Below are positions 53,251 through 64,000 of a stretch of 64,000 bases of DNA, one piece after another. Source of the DNA: Paraphysomonas bandaiensis. Taxonomy: Eukaryota > Protista > Chrysophyceae. The notes below the pieces were generated by a model. The model did not search any database, was not told the origin of the DNA, and was given only the letters and a program-made list of their open reading frames with translations. How positions within the stretch are numbered: the first letter of the stretch is position 1; the number at the start of each line of letters is the position of its first letter. The stretch lies in NCBI GenBank assembly GCA_965644295.1, contig CBFFRP010000423.1:1-64000 (forward strand), in the 5' to 3' direction. The position numbers and the translations under genes are program-made.

Positions 53251-54202
53251 AGCTGTACATGGTATACGATATAAAACTGTACATTTTTCTGTATTTTTCT
53301 GTATAAAAACTTTGACTTTTGTAATATTCCTGCTCTCCATATGGAAATTTAGTACACTGTTTAATGTCCCATAATATGCATCCACTACTCTGCTGCACTA
53401 GTATAGTGCAATGACTCGCAATGACGCTTAACTATGATATCATCATTCATTATTCAGCTATTCGAGCTCTTGTAATTGCAAGATAGCATAGATATGAATG
53501 GGTATGGGCTATATATATGACTAGAGGTTATGATGACTATGTCATGGCGTCCTTTATATATACACTGTATGTATTTCTCTGTACTGTACTGTGTATACTT
53601 ATCTACTGAACAATGTACGTTGTGTGCACACTGGCTGATGTTTTAGTTTCTAATACTGTATAGTGCAACCACACTTTTCAGAGTTATTGCTACTGCTGTT
53701 AACGGCTTGTGTTCTTTGCACTGACCGAACGGATACAGTGTGTGTATATCAGTATCGTTCATATGGTGATATATATGTAGTTGTAGTAACACTGTATGTA
53801 TGCAATGATGAATGCGTGGTGTCGTGTCTACGGTGTGGATGTTGACAGAACTCCGGACACATCACCGGATCTTCCAAGCTACCCACTGGCCAAAGCTACC
53901 CTGTTGCTCAGACAGACCGCCCACAAACTATAAAAAACATGTGTAGGCAAACACAATAGGATGCTATTGATATTGAAAGCTGCGTTAGGTATTTGAATTA
54001 TTTCCGAGCTCTAATAAATGTATTGATTTGGATTCAACTTACGTATTTATAATAATGTTCTAAACGAATATCTGCTCGTGCATAGTCAACAATCTTTACC
54101 ACTAGTAAGCTCTCTACACTATATCACTAGTCCACAAGCATATGCAATTCTTCTCAAACGTATATACATCTTATGTTACGACTATTTCGAAAATAATAGT
54201 CA

Positions 54203-57200
54203 CTATCTGGTTTCTAGCATTTCCAATTCATTTTCGATTATATCTTCATTGCCATTTCCAGGCATACTTTCTCTCCATGCCATTAAATTATCTACAGTGT
54301 TCGATGTGACCACGTTATAGCCAGCAACGGTATTATCATCCTTTGTCCACATCGTCCAATGATGCAAACTCAAATTCTTCAAGTCCCTATCGCACATCTC
54401 CTTCATAATATTTCGATTTAAATGAAATATAACAGCAGGTGGAACGCGGCCATTATTATGTACTTCCTCCATGATTTGACACATCTCATCGCTATAATTA
54501 CTACCAACACTTCCTCTCAGTAATGACGATAGGGCAACATCAGAGCAACGTCTCGGCTCAATATCACTTGACCCATCAGCTAACAGAGAAGAGTAGAATT
54601 CAGGCAAAGTTTGTTGTTGCCAAGAGTACATATCGTCGGCAAAGTCGCGGTCTACGTAGGCATGGCTAGGTGTAAATGCCACGGGGATGTCGGTAATAGC
54701 ACAATTGGAATTATCCCCTTCATAACTGTGGTCAGCCCCTTCACTGCTAAGACCTATACCAGACACGGACAACGTAGTCGTACCACGACTACACCGACGG
54801 TCCTCTGAAGCACTGATTTCAGACCCTCGACGCATAAAAATTTCTTCCTGGGGCATCACATGGGTAAAACTCTCACCAGCTGTTTTGTTTCGCCAGTAGT
54901 TTACCAGCAGAGTCACCCGCTTGTCAGAAGATTCATCTGACCTCTGCATGGTAAAGCGTGCAATAAGCCGATGGCAGCAGCAATAATTCAGCAACTTACC
55001 AGCACTCCATGAAATCTGTTGCCCTTGAACAAGGCCATCCTGTTCTTTTTGGGGAATACAACCCCCACTGAGTCAGGCGTGGGAGGATAAAGACCGCGTC
55101 TCGTGGGGGCCTGATTGAATACGACTGCACAAATGGAGACAACATCAGTTTACGGCACAACTACATCGTGTACAACTGACCAGTGGGTCCTCCTGTGTCA
55201 GTCAGGTAGTTAACAGACCCCAGGTCCGGGTAGAAGTGACAAGCCGCAAGCAGGTCTTTGGACCATCCATTATCACGACACCACGTGATAGCCGTATCCA
55301 TATGATACTCTTTGGGGTTCGTGTTACCACGTGCTTGAATCCACCACTCAGCGCCAACGAATCCTGCTGCAAGGGCTTCCTCCTATACAACACTATTTCA
55401 GCATTAGACACAAACAGGTTTGTTAATACCTCCGACCCAACTGCCAGAGGAGCGAGATAATCCAGGATAACCATCTCTACTAGAGACCTCGGCCTTGCAT
55501 ATGACTCATTGAACCATATGAAATGGGAATTAGCTCCTAGATCTACGTTTGCTCTGTGATACAGTCGGCCAAGAAGAAGAGCAAGAAGACGCGGAGGAAG
55601 AATATTTTCTACGACAGCGATATGATCATCTGTAGCTTTTTTCCGATCTAGTAGAGCGACTCCAGCGGATACTCTAAACGTTCTTGGACTCACCTCTTCT
55701 TTCTTCTTGGATAAAGATGCCAAATTAAAAGGCCATAAATTGCGCAACAGCTTGATAACGGACGTCTCCGTCATCAAATCAGTGATTGATGCGAAGTCCG
55801 GGATGGAGCAATGGGGACCAATTGCGAGAGTGGCATCAGCACTATGGGTATCCATCTGCACCATGCCCAGGCGCAGCATTGCATTATCGAAGGATGCGAG
55901 CTGATATGGATCCCTCAACCCAGGGCTTACAACCAGTACGCAAGGCAATTCCGTAGCAGCAGCGGTCGAATAGACTTCCAGCATCTCTTCCCCGATGTCG
56001 CTTCCTTCCTCTGTATCTGCACCCACACATCCTCCAGACCTGCCATAGTGGAACACATGACGACTGTCCAGGCACCCCCCCACCCGTACATACATGGGAG
56101 TATTCAGTGATTGTGCTAGTAAGTAACTTCCCTGGCTTATCGTTACTTTATGATAGGCAAGTACAGATAGCAGGCGGTGTGTAGTGACCACACTCTCTCG
56201 ATTAAAGGCGCTGTGCTCCTCATCCCCTCGCACCAGAGATAAGCCTGTGGTACCCGGTCCCGCCCTCGCAAACGCCACAGCAGACCCTATCTCAAGGAAG
56301 GAAGCACGAGGGACTACTACACTAAATCCACTTAATACTGCGCAGGTATTAGGATGTGCCTCCAATGATGCCTGGAGCAAGCTAGAGACAGCATCCGAGA
56401 GTCCTGCCATATGAACGGCGCACTCCTGCTTGTCAACAGAAACGGTTAACGAATCCCCAGGTCGAAACGTAACGACGCCGCTATGCAATGCTCCTACTGA
56501 CGAGTCCTGCCCATAAGGAAGAAGCTCTCGCACCCCTATCCCCTCTTCTAGAAGTGCTACATTCAGAAGGAACATAGCCATGGCTAATCGATAATCTGGT
56601 GAAAGCGAACGTCCCGACAACTCTTTATTAGTGTCCATATCTGGTTTTGTATTCATTGACAGATAAAAATTAGAATATATATTACGGATCTGGCGCACGA
56701 GTACGCGAGCATTATTTCTATCTAATACCAAGATGTCTGATCCGCACATCAGCGACTCATCATCGTAAAGCCCACCAAGTGCTTCAAGTGTCGATGCACG
56801 CAGATGCATAGCGTTCAAATTGGGCTGTAATCCAGATAATAGCCCCATTATAAGGTCTTTATCCGAACGGGTTGCTTTTGTACAATACACATTCTCTGGC
56901 AAATCATTGTAGCAGTTACTAAAGAGGTCTACATTTAAGAAATAAGAATCTGGAGACACATATACTAAGTAGGGTAGCTGCGAGCTGAGGACATTCCAAT
57001 CTAACAGAGCAAATAACACACCATACCCCGTTAATGAATCATCTTGCCAATACATTTTAGCATGAAAACGAGATATTTGTTCGATCAGTTGTGGTCGTAT
57101 GGATTGTATGGGCTGTGTATGTGATGGGTCAGACAGACTATAGCCGACACCTACTTGTAAGAGAGACCGTCTGAATAGACCCGTGTTTAACACTAGAGTC

Positions 57201-57352
57201 TTAAAGGATCGAATAGATGTATCTGATGTTGACTGTAGATCAAGATATGTGGAGATAATCACGTTATCTGGTAAGATAATACAGTTATCTTGTGCGGTTA
57301 GATGAGATATAAAACAGAGGCATAAAGAGATGAATAAGAAAAGAAATGACAT
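54203..57352 (-). CDS. Large signal-peptide protein with a C-terminal 2OG-Fe(II) oxygenase-like domain, multi-exon
   Basis: Hydrophobic N-terminus. The spliced C-terminal exons read EWWIQAR...KEYHMD (HxD), GSVNYLTDTGGPT, FPKKNRMALFKGNRFHGV (distal His) and RVTLLVNYW (2OG-binding Arg). Confidence 0.7.
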
Positions 57353-58001
57353 GAGAGATGGGTGATAGATGGATAGGAGGGTGAGGATTGATCGATTAGG
57401 TATGTATTAGTGGTCTTTATACTTTAATAATGATGCAATTAGTCATATATATGCATGAGTAGGTTGTATGTATGCATATATGTACTCGTATATTATGTTA
57501 CTCTGTGTACATACAGTATGGTACTGTTGGACATGTTGTATGATACTACAACTCTTTTACATCAGTACAAATAACGTTTTAATGTACCATTCAAGAGTAC
57601 TCAAGTACTACAAGACTCAGTATAGCAGTACATATACATATCTCTCCCTTCACACATGTACCTACCTATACACATACTCCAGTACAATCATCTCCCTATA
57701 CAAATCTCGTCATCGTATTCTGTTGATGTTCCTCCTACTCCAAGTAGGAATTCCTACAGTCCCATCATACCGCCCTGCCCTTCTATGCGTACTCTGTACT
57801 CTGTCTCTCGAGTATATATATACGCACACACATACATACATACACACATACACACACACATACATATACACACATATATATACATACACATATATACATA
57901 CATTAACATCATCTCATTAATCTCATCATTCTTATTCATTTCATTCAAATCTATTCATTCTTTATCATTCCTTATACTTCATATTATCATTTATAATAAG
58001 A

Positions 58002-61000
58002 ATGAATACTGAATACACTCATAACTTAATCAACGATCTCATCCATAGATTATACACACCGAAACGATTACAATGTTCAAATTATAAGGAATTAACATCT
58101 AAAATTGATGATATTTATAATTCTATTGCATCATGTATATCACCACTACGTGTAGCTATTGAATCAAAGGTATGGAGTCGTATGGAGGTAGCTGTAGGTA
58201 ACTTAATTGTGAAATTACTTGATAATCAACATCCTGAAATGTTATATAAAATCACACCAATTAAACGACAAGAAAGGGAAATATTTGCTCAGTTAGGAGG
58301 AATGAATTTACTTCTTAAATTTCTTGAACCTCCTCTTGTACAGAAAGATGCTCGTTCAATTCCGACTTCTCAAATTCAAAGACATGTCGAGTTATGGAAT
58401 GAAGTTTTAGTCATGTTAAGGGAGATTTGCTTTGCTGTTCCTAATCTTTCCAATACTATATTTTCTAACGATCATATTACTTTTTTGTTCACGATGTTGG
58501 CTCATGACTTTGTTTTCGAAAACACCATGAGTTTACTTGAGGAGATCCTTGCCGTACGTACGGAGACATATTCCCTGGCAAATATACCTGATCTTTATAA
58601 CCTACTTGGTAAATTTTCTACTAGGCGTCTAGCCCACTTTTGTCGAGTGCTAGCCCTACTGCTGTTCGAGCCTGAGGACCGCCAGATCATGGAGTGTTCT
58701 CAGGTGTTGCGTTCGTTCGAGTTGCTAACTCTGCGCCGAAACCGACTGACCAAATCTTCCTTCTCCGACATTGAGCGCAATCAAAACTTGATCATCGATA
58801 TGCCGCAGCTACTGTCCCGGCTCGTGTCGTTGCTGCGACTATCTAATTATGGTCCTACTCTTGCACACATGCTTCGACACAATCACACTGTACCTGCAGC
58901 ATTATCTGCGGACTTCCTTTTGTACGTCTCCGCCAACCGTACAACTAATGAGTGGGAACACTTTCAATCCTTGCAGTCGTTGGCAGACCAACGGGAGGGA
59001 GGATGGCAACAAAGAACGGCAGAGCAGAACGAGGGGGTTCAAGATGATATGGAGGCGGCGCTTGTGTTGATGATGCGAGCTTTGCGTTCGGGCAGCTACA
59101 CTCCAGCACAGGCTGCCAGTGAGCTTGAGTTTCAAGCTACAGCCCTAGCCCCACATCAAGTGGAGCTTCTTTTTGTCATGTGTACTTTGCTTTCCAGCCG
59201 TAGAAAGCTAGATGTTCAGAAGAAGTTTTCGTCCCTAGGCTTGGCCGAGGTCCTTCGCCGCATGTACTCCCGCCTTTCATGGGATGAACCACCATATGAG
59301 GGACCCAACCCTCTAGAACATATACACGGTCCGAGCTGCGAATGTAACCCAGAGAGCGCTCTGAGGGTGCAGTACCTACGTCTGGTACATAACTTTTATG
59401 ACCGCGACTTCCATAATAATGAGAGTAAATGTGACCTTATTCTACCTGCGGAGCGGGAGGTAGTGCTATCCCACTTTCCTGATATCTCCAGCACAGCTAA
59501 AGGGTTGAAAGCTCTACCCGAAAGGGGATTACTGCGCAGCATATCAAGAACTTTATCCCGGGAAACCTCGAATTCTATATATAGGTTTTGGTTGTCTTCA
59601 TGTCTGGAGGCCTACCTACGTGGAGCGTCCCAGGAAAACCAGGTGTTTGTCGCTGCTTCTGGTGTGTTAGAACCCCTCATCGACCACATTTGTACTCCAG
59701 TTGCACCGGATACAGAAGGAGGAAGTGGTTGGGGATCTACAAGTCTGCAGACATCATTTGATCTGCTTGGAGAAATTGCAAAAAACAATAGATATACGGT
59801 TGAAGCAATTGAAAGAACCCTGATCGAGAAAGATCAGGTGGCACGTTTCATGGATGTAATGATGGGCAACCTTGTGGACAGCAATGTGTTCATGCGGTCT
59901 CTATACAAAACACTGGAGGGATACAGTGACCGTAGTGGTGGGGCGGGGGAGTGGGCTGACTGCTCTACAACTTTGTCTCTACCACCATCCTGTCCAGACG
60001 GAGCACGTGGATACGGCTCCATGGATACAGGTCTTGAGTATCATCCCCAGCAAATAGATAGTTCGGTAGCTACGGTAGGGTATCTCTCGCACACGTGGTT
60101 GCAATTCTCTCCTGAAATTATTTCTCAAGAGGCAAAGCGTGTGATGTCTTCACATTTGGGTTCAAGGGATGGTGCAGCGGCGAACACCAGTACGCCTAAT
60201 ACCGATGTAGAATCGGGGTACTCTGGTTTTCGGTCCCTGAGGGAGGCGCTACGTAACATAACAAGCAGCCTGCTTGTATTGAACCGGGATGTATTTGGGG
60301 AAAGAAGCGAAACCGATATGAACAGTGATGAAATCACACAAGCCAACATTAAATGCGACGGTTCGAGTCATGGAAATAACAGCCAAACTTGTCAATTAGT
60401 TTCTGCTGTTGCAATGTCAGCTCCAGATTCCGTGCAGGCAGATGACGGAGTAGAATCGGCAGAAGCAGCACCAAAAGAGGATGACGAATATACCTGGAAA
60501 CTTCCCACCTCTGTACACCACATATCGTCTTTCTTAGAACAACACCGCGAAAAGATCGTCTATGGACTGATGACCGCCGTTACTTTGCAGTCTGTGAACC
60601 ACGAAAATATATGCTGTATTAATACAGCCCTTCTTATTTTAATATACGCCAAGCGACGGTGGGTACATGTTGGAGCTTTATTTGTTTGTAATAGTTGAGT
60701 TGTAGGGGTAATTGTCATCTGGAGAGAATAATCCACGGCGTAAAACATTTAGCAATTATTAAGAATAAGGACCCTAGTAGTGTTGCGTGGATGTGGGCAA
60801 ACAAGGCAACCCACAAGGATATTTCAAGAGTAGAGGAAACGAGAGAAGCGCACAGTAATATCGACTCGTCTGTGCTAGTTAACTTCAGGGAACTGCTGTG
60901 GTATTGGAGAGAATATTACATGCGACGTGGAAGAGATAGACTCAGTCTGGAGTTTTCGTCTCACGTACCTTTTCGGTACTGGAACGAAATAGTTGGTGAG

Positions 61001-61162
61001 TGTGACAAACTATGTCAACTGTGGTACCTCAACTTTTGACGTGTTGTAGGTATTCTCTGTAGGGATGACGGATCACCGGCCTCATTGCTGAAAAATGTCA
61101 TTGTCCTCCCCGATTCTCCATATAGCGACAGTGGGTGCTCTATCCCAGTTAGAGAATATTAA
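58002..61162 (+). CDS. TRPC4AP: TRPC4AP/TRUSS-like protein (DUF3689), 3 exons
   Basis: HIHGPSCECNPESALRVQYLRLVHNF, YRFWLSSCLEAYLRG, QTSFDLLGE, NLVDSNVF, ENICCINT and NFRELLWYWREYYMRRGRDRLSLEFSS. Confidence 0.85.
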
Positions 61163-61777
61163 TGTTAGACAATATTTTGTATTACTTTAACGTAAAAATA
61201 TATTGTAATAATGATTTTTAGTAGACCTTCAGTGATTGTTCTACCGAAAAGACTATGATATTCCACATATATGTACTTGATGATGATACTGCTGTGTCAT
61301 ACAATACACAGAGATTATAATTTACAATGAGAGGTAAAGGGACATAGTTATATTCATGTCCCCTGTCGAGCGCTGGTGTAGGCAGTTAAAAGCTGTACTC
61401 TCAGATTCTAAGGTATCTGACTTATAACGATTACATCATAGATTATAGTACATGCAGAATACAGTATTACTTGTGTTGAGTTCTGCTGTTTAGATGACAA
61501 TGAAGAATGAGAGATATTGATAACAATATTAATAGTGAATTATTTAGTGTAGTTCAGATGTTTACTTATTACTCATCCTTCAACATGATATATATATTAT
61601 TATGTCTATTACCTATTGCAGCAATTAGTTCTTCTGTAAACTTTAACTGTACTCAGGTGGATTCTACTACTTAAATACAGCTACAAAACCGGTATACCCT
61701 TTAGGGGTATACCAACTAATGTACAGTAGCAGGTATAGGGGCAGTTTAATTAGTTATATATAGCTATAAAGTTAGCT

Positions 61778-62883
61778 TTAATTCACCTCTGAAATATTCT
61801 GAAATCTATAGTTATCACGGAGGGGTGGCTGAACTTTTAGAATACATGTATGTGAGCACTTTACCCACACGAGAAGCAGACCCATGGAGATACAGAGGGA
61901 TATAATAGAAGCGACTAACACACAATATCCTGCTCCTGTGAGGTCAATTGCTAATCTCCCACTGCAACGCACTTCGCTCCCTGACACGTCGTAGAGGAAT
62001 AGAGACCACGTTTCTGGCGATATAATTAGTTATGCCACTCACATTCAAATAAGTCCAAACCCTACCTGGATTCAACGTGTCTGAGAAAGCGCAAGATATT
62101 AGAACAGCCCCAGATCCCACACTGGATAGTAAAAACAATACAATAGCAAGATTTTGAGGGCTGGATATGACACGACGACAGCAGCTGAGAAGAGCCCTCC
62201 GTGGATATTTCTTGCACTCAGAGGAGCAACAACAACAAAACATTCGGCAGCAGCACTGCTTATCATCGAATTGATTGAACTCATTATCGTCGTCTACTGA
62301 CTGTTGCATCACATGTAGTGCCATCATTGTAGTTTCTGCTGATGAGGTACATGCTCCACGGAGAAGAAGTAATGTCCCAAGAAAACTAGAGCATAGACAC
62401 AAAAAAACGATGACAAAACTAGCAGGCCACATATATTCTGCTTCAATGCCCATATGTGTACCATTATCAATGTTGTCGATACTTTGCCACAAATGAATAT
62501 CAGACCATTGCCAGCAAAATTCATCACAAAATACTGATGAACTAGTTCCTGGACATAGCAGTGTATCTGCAGTCTGATCACATGCAATTGAAGAACCAAA
62601 TCCAATCCAAGAATTAAAATACATACATTGACCATTTAAACATTCATCTGTATAAGAATATAATCGCCACATTGACTATATATACATATATAGTTAATAT
62701 CACTGTAGTGTATATGGATATTGTACACATTACCTGTCTGTATACACCGTATGAGAAGCATACAGTAACTATAACACCTAATAAAAAATGTATAGTCATA
62801 GCCAATTGATTATAATGTATGTATATTCCATGTAATACTCCACAATATCCATATCCCTTATTACGATATGAAGCAGTTGACAT
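61778..62883 (-). CDS. Four-TM membrane protein with Cys-rich loops (tetraspan-like), ~3 exons
   Basis: Four hydrophobic segments across ORFs 62644-62883, 61944-62672 and 61778-61987, joined by GT-AG introns. Intracellular CCC clusters. Confidence 0.6.
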
Positions 62884-63392
62884 GATGTTGTTTGATAGTG
62901 TATTGTTGATGTAATGAAGTTCATTTGATTTGATTGTGGTGATGAATGTGAATGTATGTGTGTGTGAATTGAATGTTATGAAGAGTCAGTTAATTAATTA
63001 ACTTACTTATATATGTGTGTATGTATGAGATGATACGTACATATATATGTATATGTATGTATGTACATATATATGTGTATGTAGCTATGAGATGATAGTA
63101 ATAGAGACATAAGCTCATTGGATGACAGTCAATAGCAATCTATTCACACTTCACTTCATGAAGCTGAACTTATATATGTATATATAGATATATAGATATA
63201 TAGATACTGTACATACCTTCAGCCACATACAGCAGTATCTACAGCATATAGATATCATACAACTCCATGGTACTCTGGTATTCCTACACCTGGAGGTGTA
63301 TGATTTTATTGATTGTTCATTGTTTATTTCATTGAAAATCATCATTTTTTCAGTGAAAAATGAAAAAAAAGAGACTTTTCAATGATGAACAA

Positions 63393-63545
63393 ATCGGCAC
63401 TCGTCAGCATATTATGTTTTCGGAAATAAATTGAAGCGAAAACCCTCTATATTACTGAAGTACAACTACGGCTGTAATATAGATAATTGTTCTCTCAATA
63501 TTAGAGGCATATTTGAACAAAAATATACAAAGGACCCCGATACGA
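63393..63545 (+). mobile_element. MITE-like repeat, copy 6
   Basis: ATCGGCA...TTCGGAAATAAATTGAAG...CAACTACGGCTG...CAATATTAGAGGCAT...CCGATACGA. Confidence 0.75.
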
Positions 63546-63851
63546 AAATCGACACGCACAACCACCCCCCAGATATTGGGTGTTTCAGCCTAAATATCCT
63601 AATATATAGATTTTAATCATAAAATTCTGGATTTTCTGATATCGACCTATTTTTGGTGTTCAATTCAAAAAAAAATATCAACAAAAAAAACTGTCGGTTA
63701 CATTTGCTACAATGATGGTGTGTGTGTATGTGTGTATAGATATGTACGTATATATATATATGTTACATGAGGTGGGATATGGTGCAATAGATCACTACAA
63801 TTGCATTATATTGCATTAATTGATATATATTATTGATCTTTACAATATATA

Positions 63852-64000
63852 ATGGGATCTGCGGCATCTACATGGGAACCCTCTAGTGATGATGTTCACT
63901 TAACTGAGGAAGAAGTTAAAAATATTGTGGGTGAAAAATTTGATAAGGAAAAATTTACATCTCTTGCCGGAGAGAATGATTTCATCACTGCTGGACAGTT
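63852..64000 (+). CDS. 5' end of a gene for a probably N-myristoylated protein (runs off the window)
   Basis: Open frame MGSAASTWEPSSDDVHLTEEEVKNIVGEKFDKEKF..., with an MGxxxS myristoylation motif. Confidence 0.65.
   Translation, partial: MGSAASTWEPSSDDVHLTEEEVKNIVGEKFDKEKFTSLAGENDFITAGQ

Noticed and set aside
57468-58012. ORFs rich in Y/T/H upstream of TRPC4AP
   Set aside because: They derive from TACA/CA repeats in the divergent promoter.
61691-61713. GGTATACCC-TTTAG-GGGTATACC hairpin
   Set aside because: An isolated 9-bp stem with no second copy or context.

Overview
Eukaryotic nuclear DNA, gene-dense, with short GT-AG introns (about 45-180 nt). It probably comes from a flagellated protist, and a stramenopile is my inference (PF16/SPAG6, an ADP/ATP carrier with RRRLQMQ, CBM1 domains). 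About 20 protein genes are present: a mitochondrial carrier, a bacterial-type Orn/Lys/Arg decarboxylase, a Qc-SNARE, SPAG6, a soluble-type adenylyl cyclase with a STAND tail, an EF-hand protein, PWP1, MCM8, a PH-CaaX protein, an atypical eIF4E, a putative MSC-domain protein, a 3xCBM1 copper radical oxidase (AA5), a Cys-rich type-I membrane protein, AAC, an Fe-S L-serine dehydratase, a secreted 2OG-Fe(II) oxygenase, TRPC4AP, a 4-TM protein and a partial myristoylated protein. Most lie in head-to-head pairs separated by TACA-rich spacers. Mobile DNA includes two internally deleted hAT elements with TIRs and 8-bp TSDs, and a ~155-bp MITE whose six copies all lie 5' of genes. There is also a LINE/SINE-like pair sharing a 3' tail. 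The non-coding partner starts with a conserved HDV-ribozyme-like fold, and both of its copies are interrupted by a nested LINE 3' fragment with target-site duplications. Exon boundaries were read by eye and are approximate.
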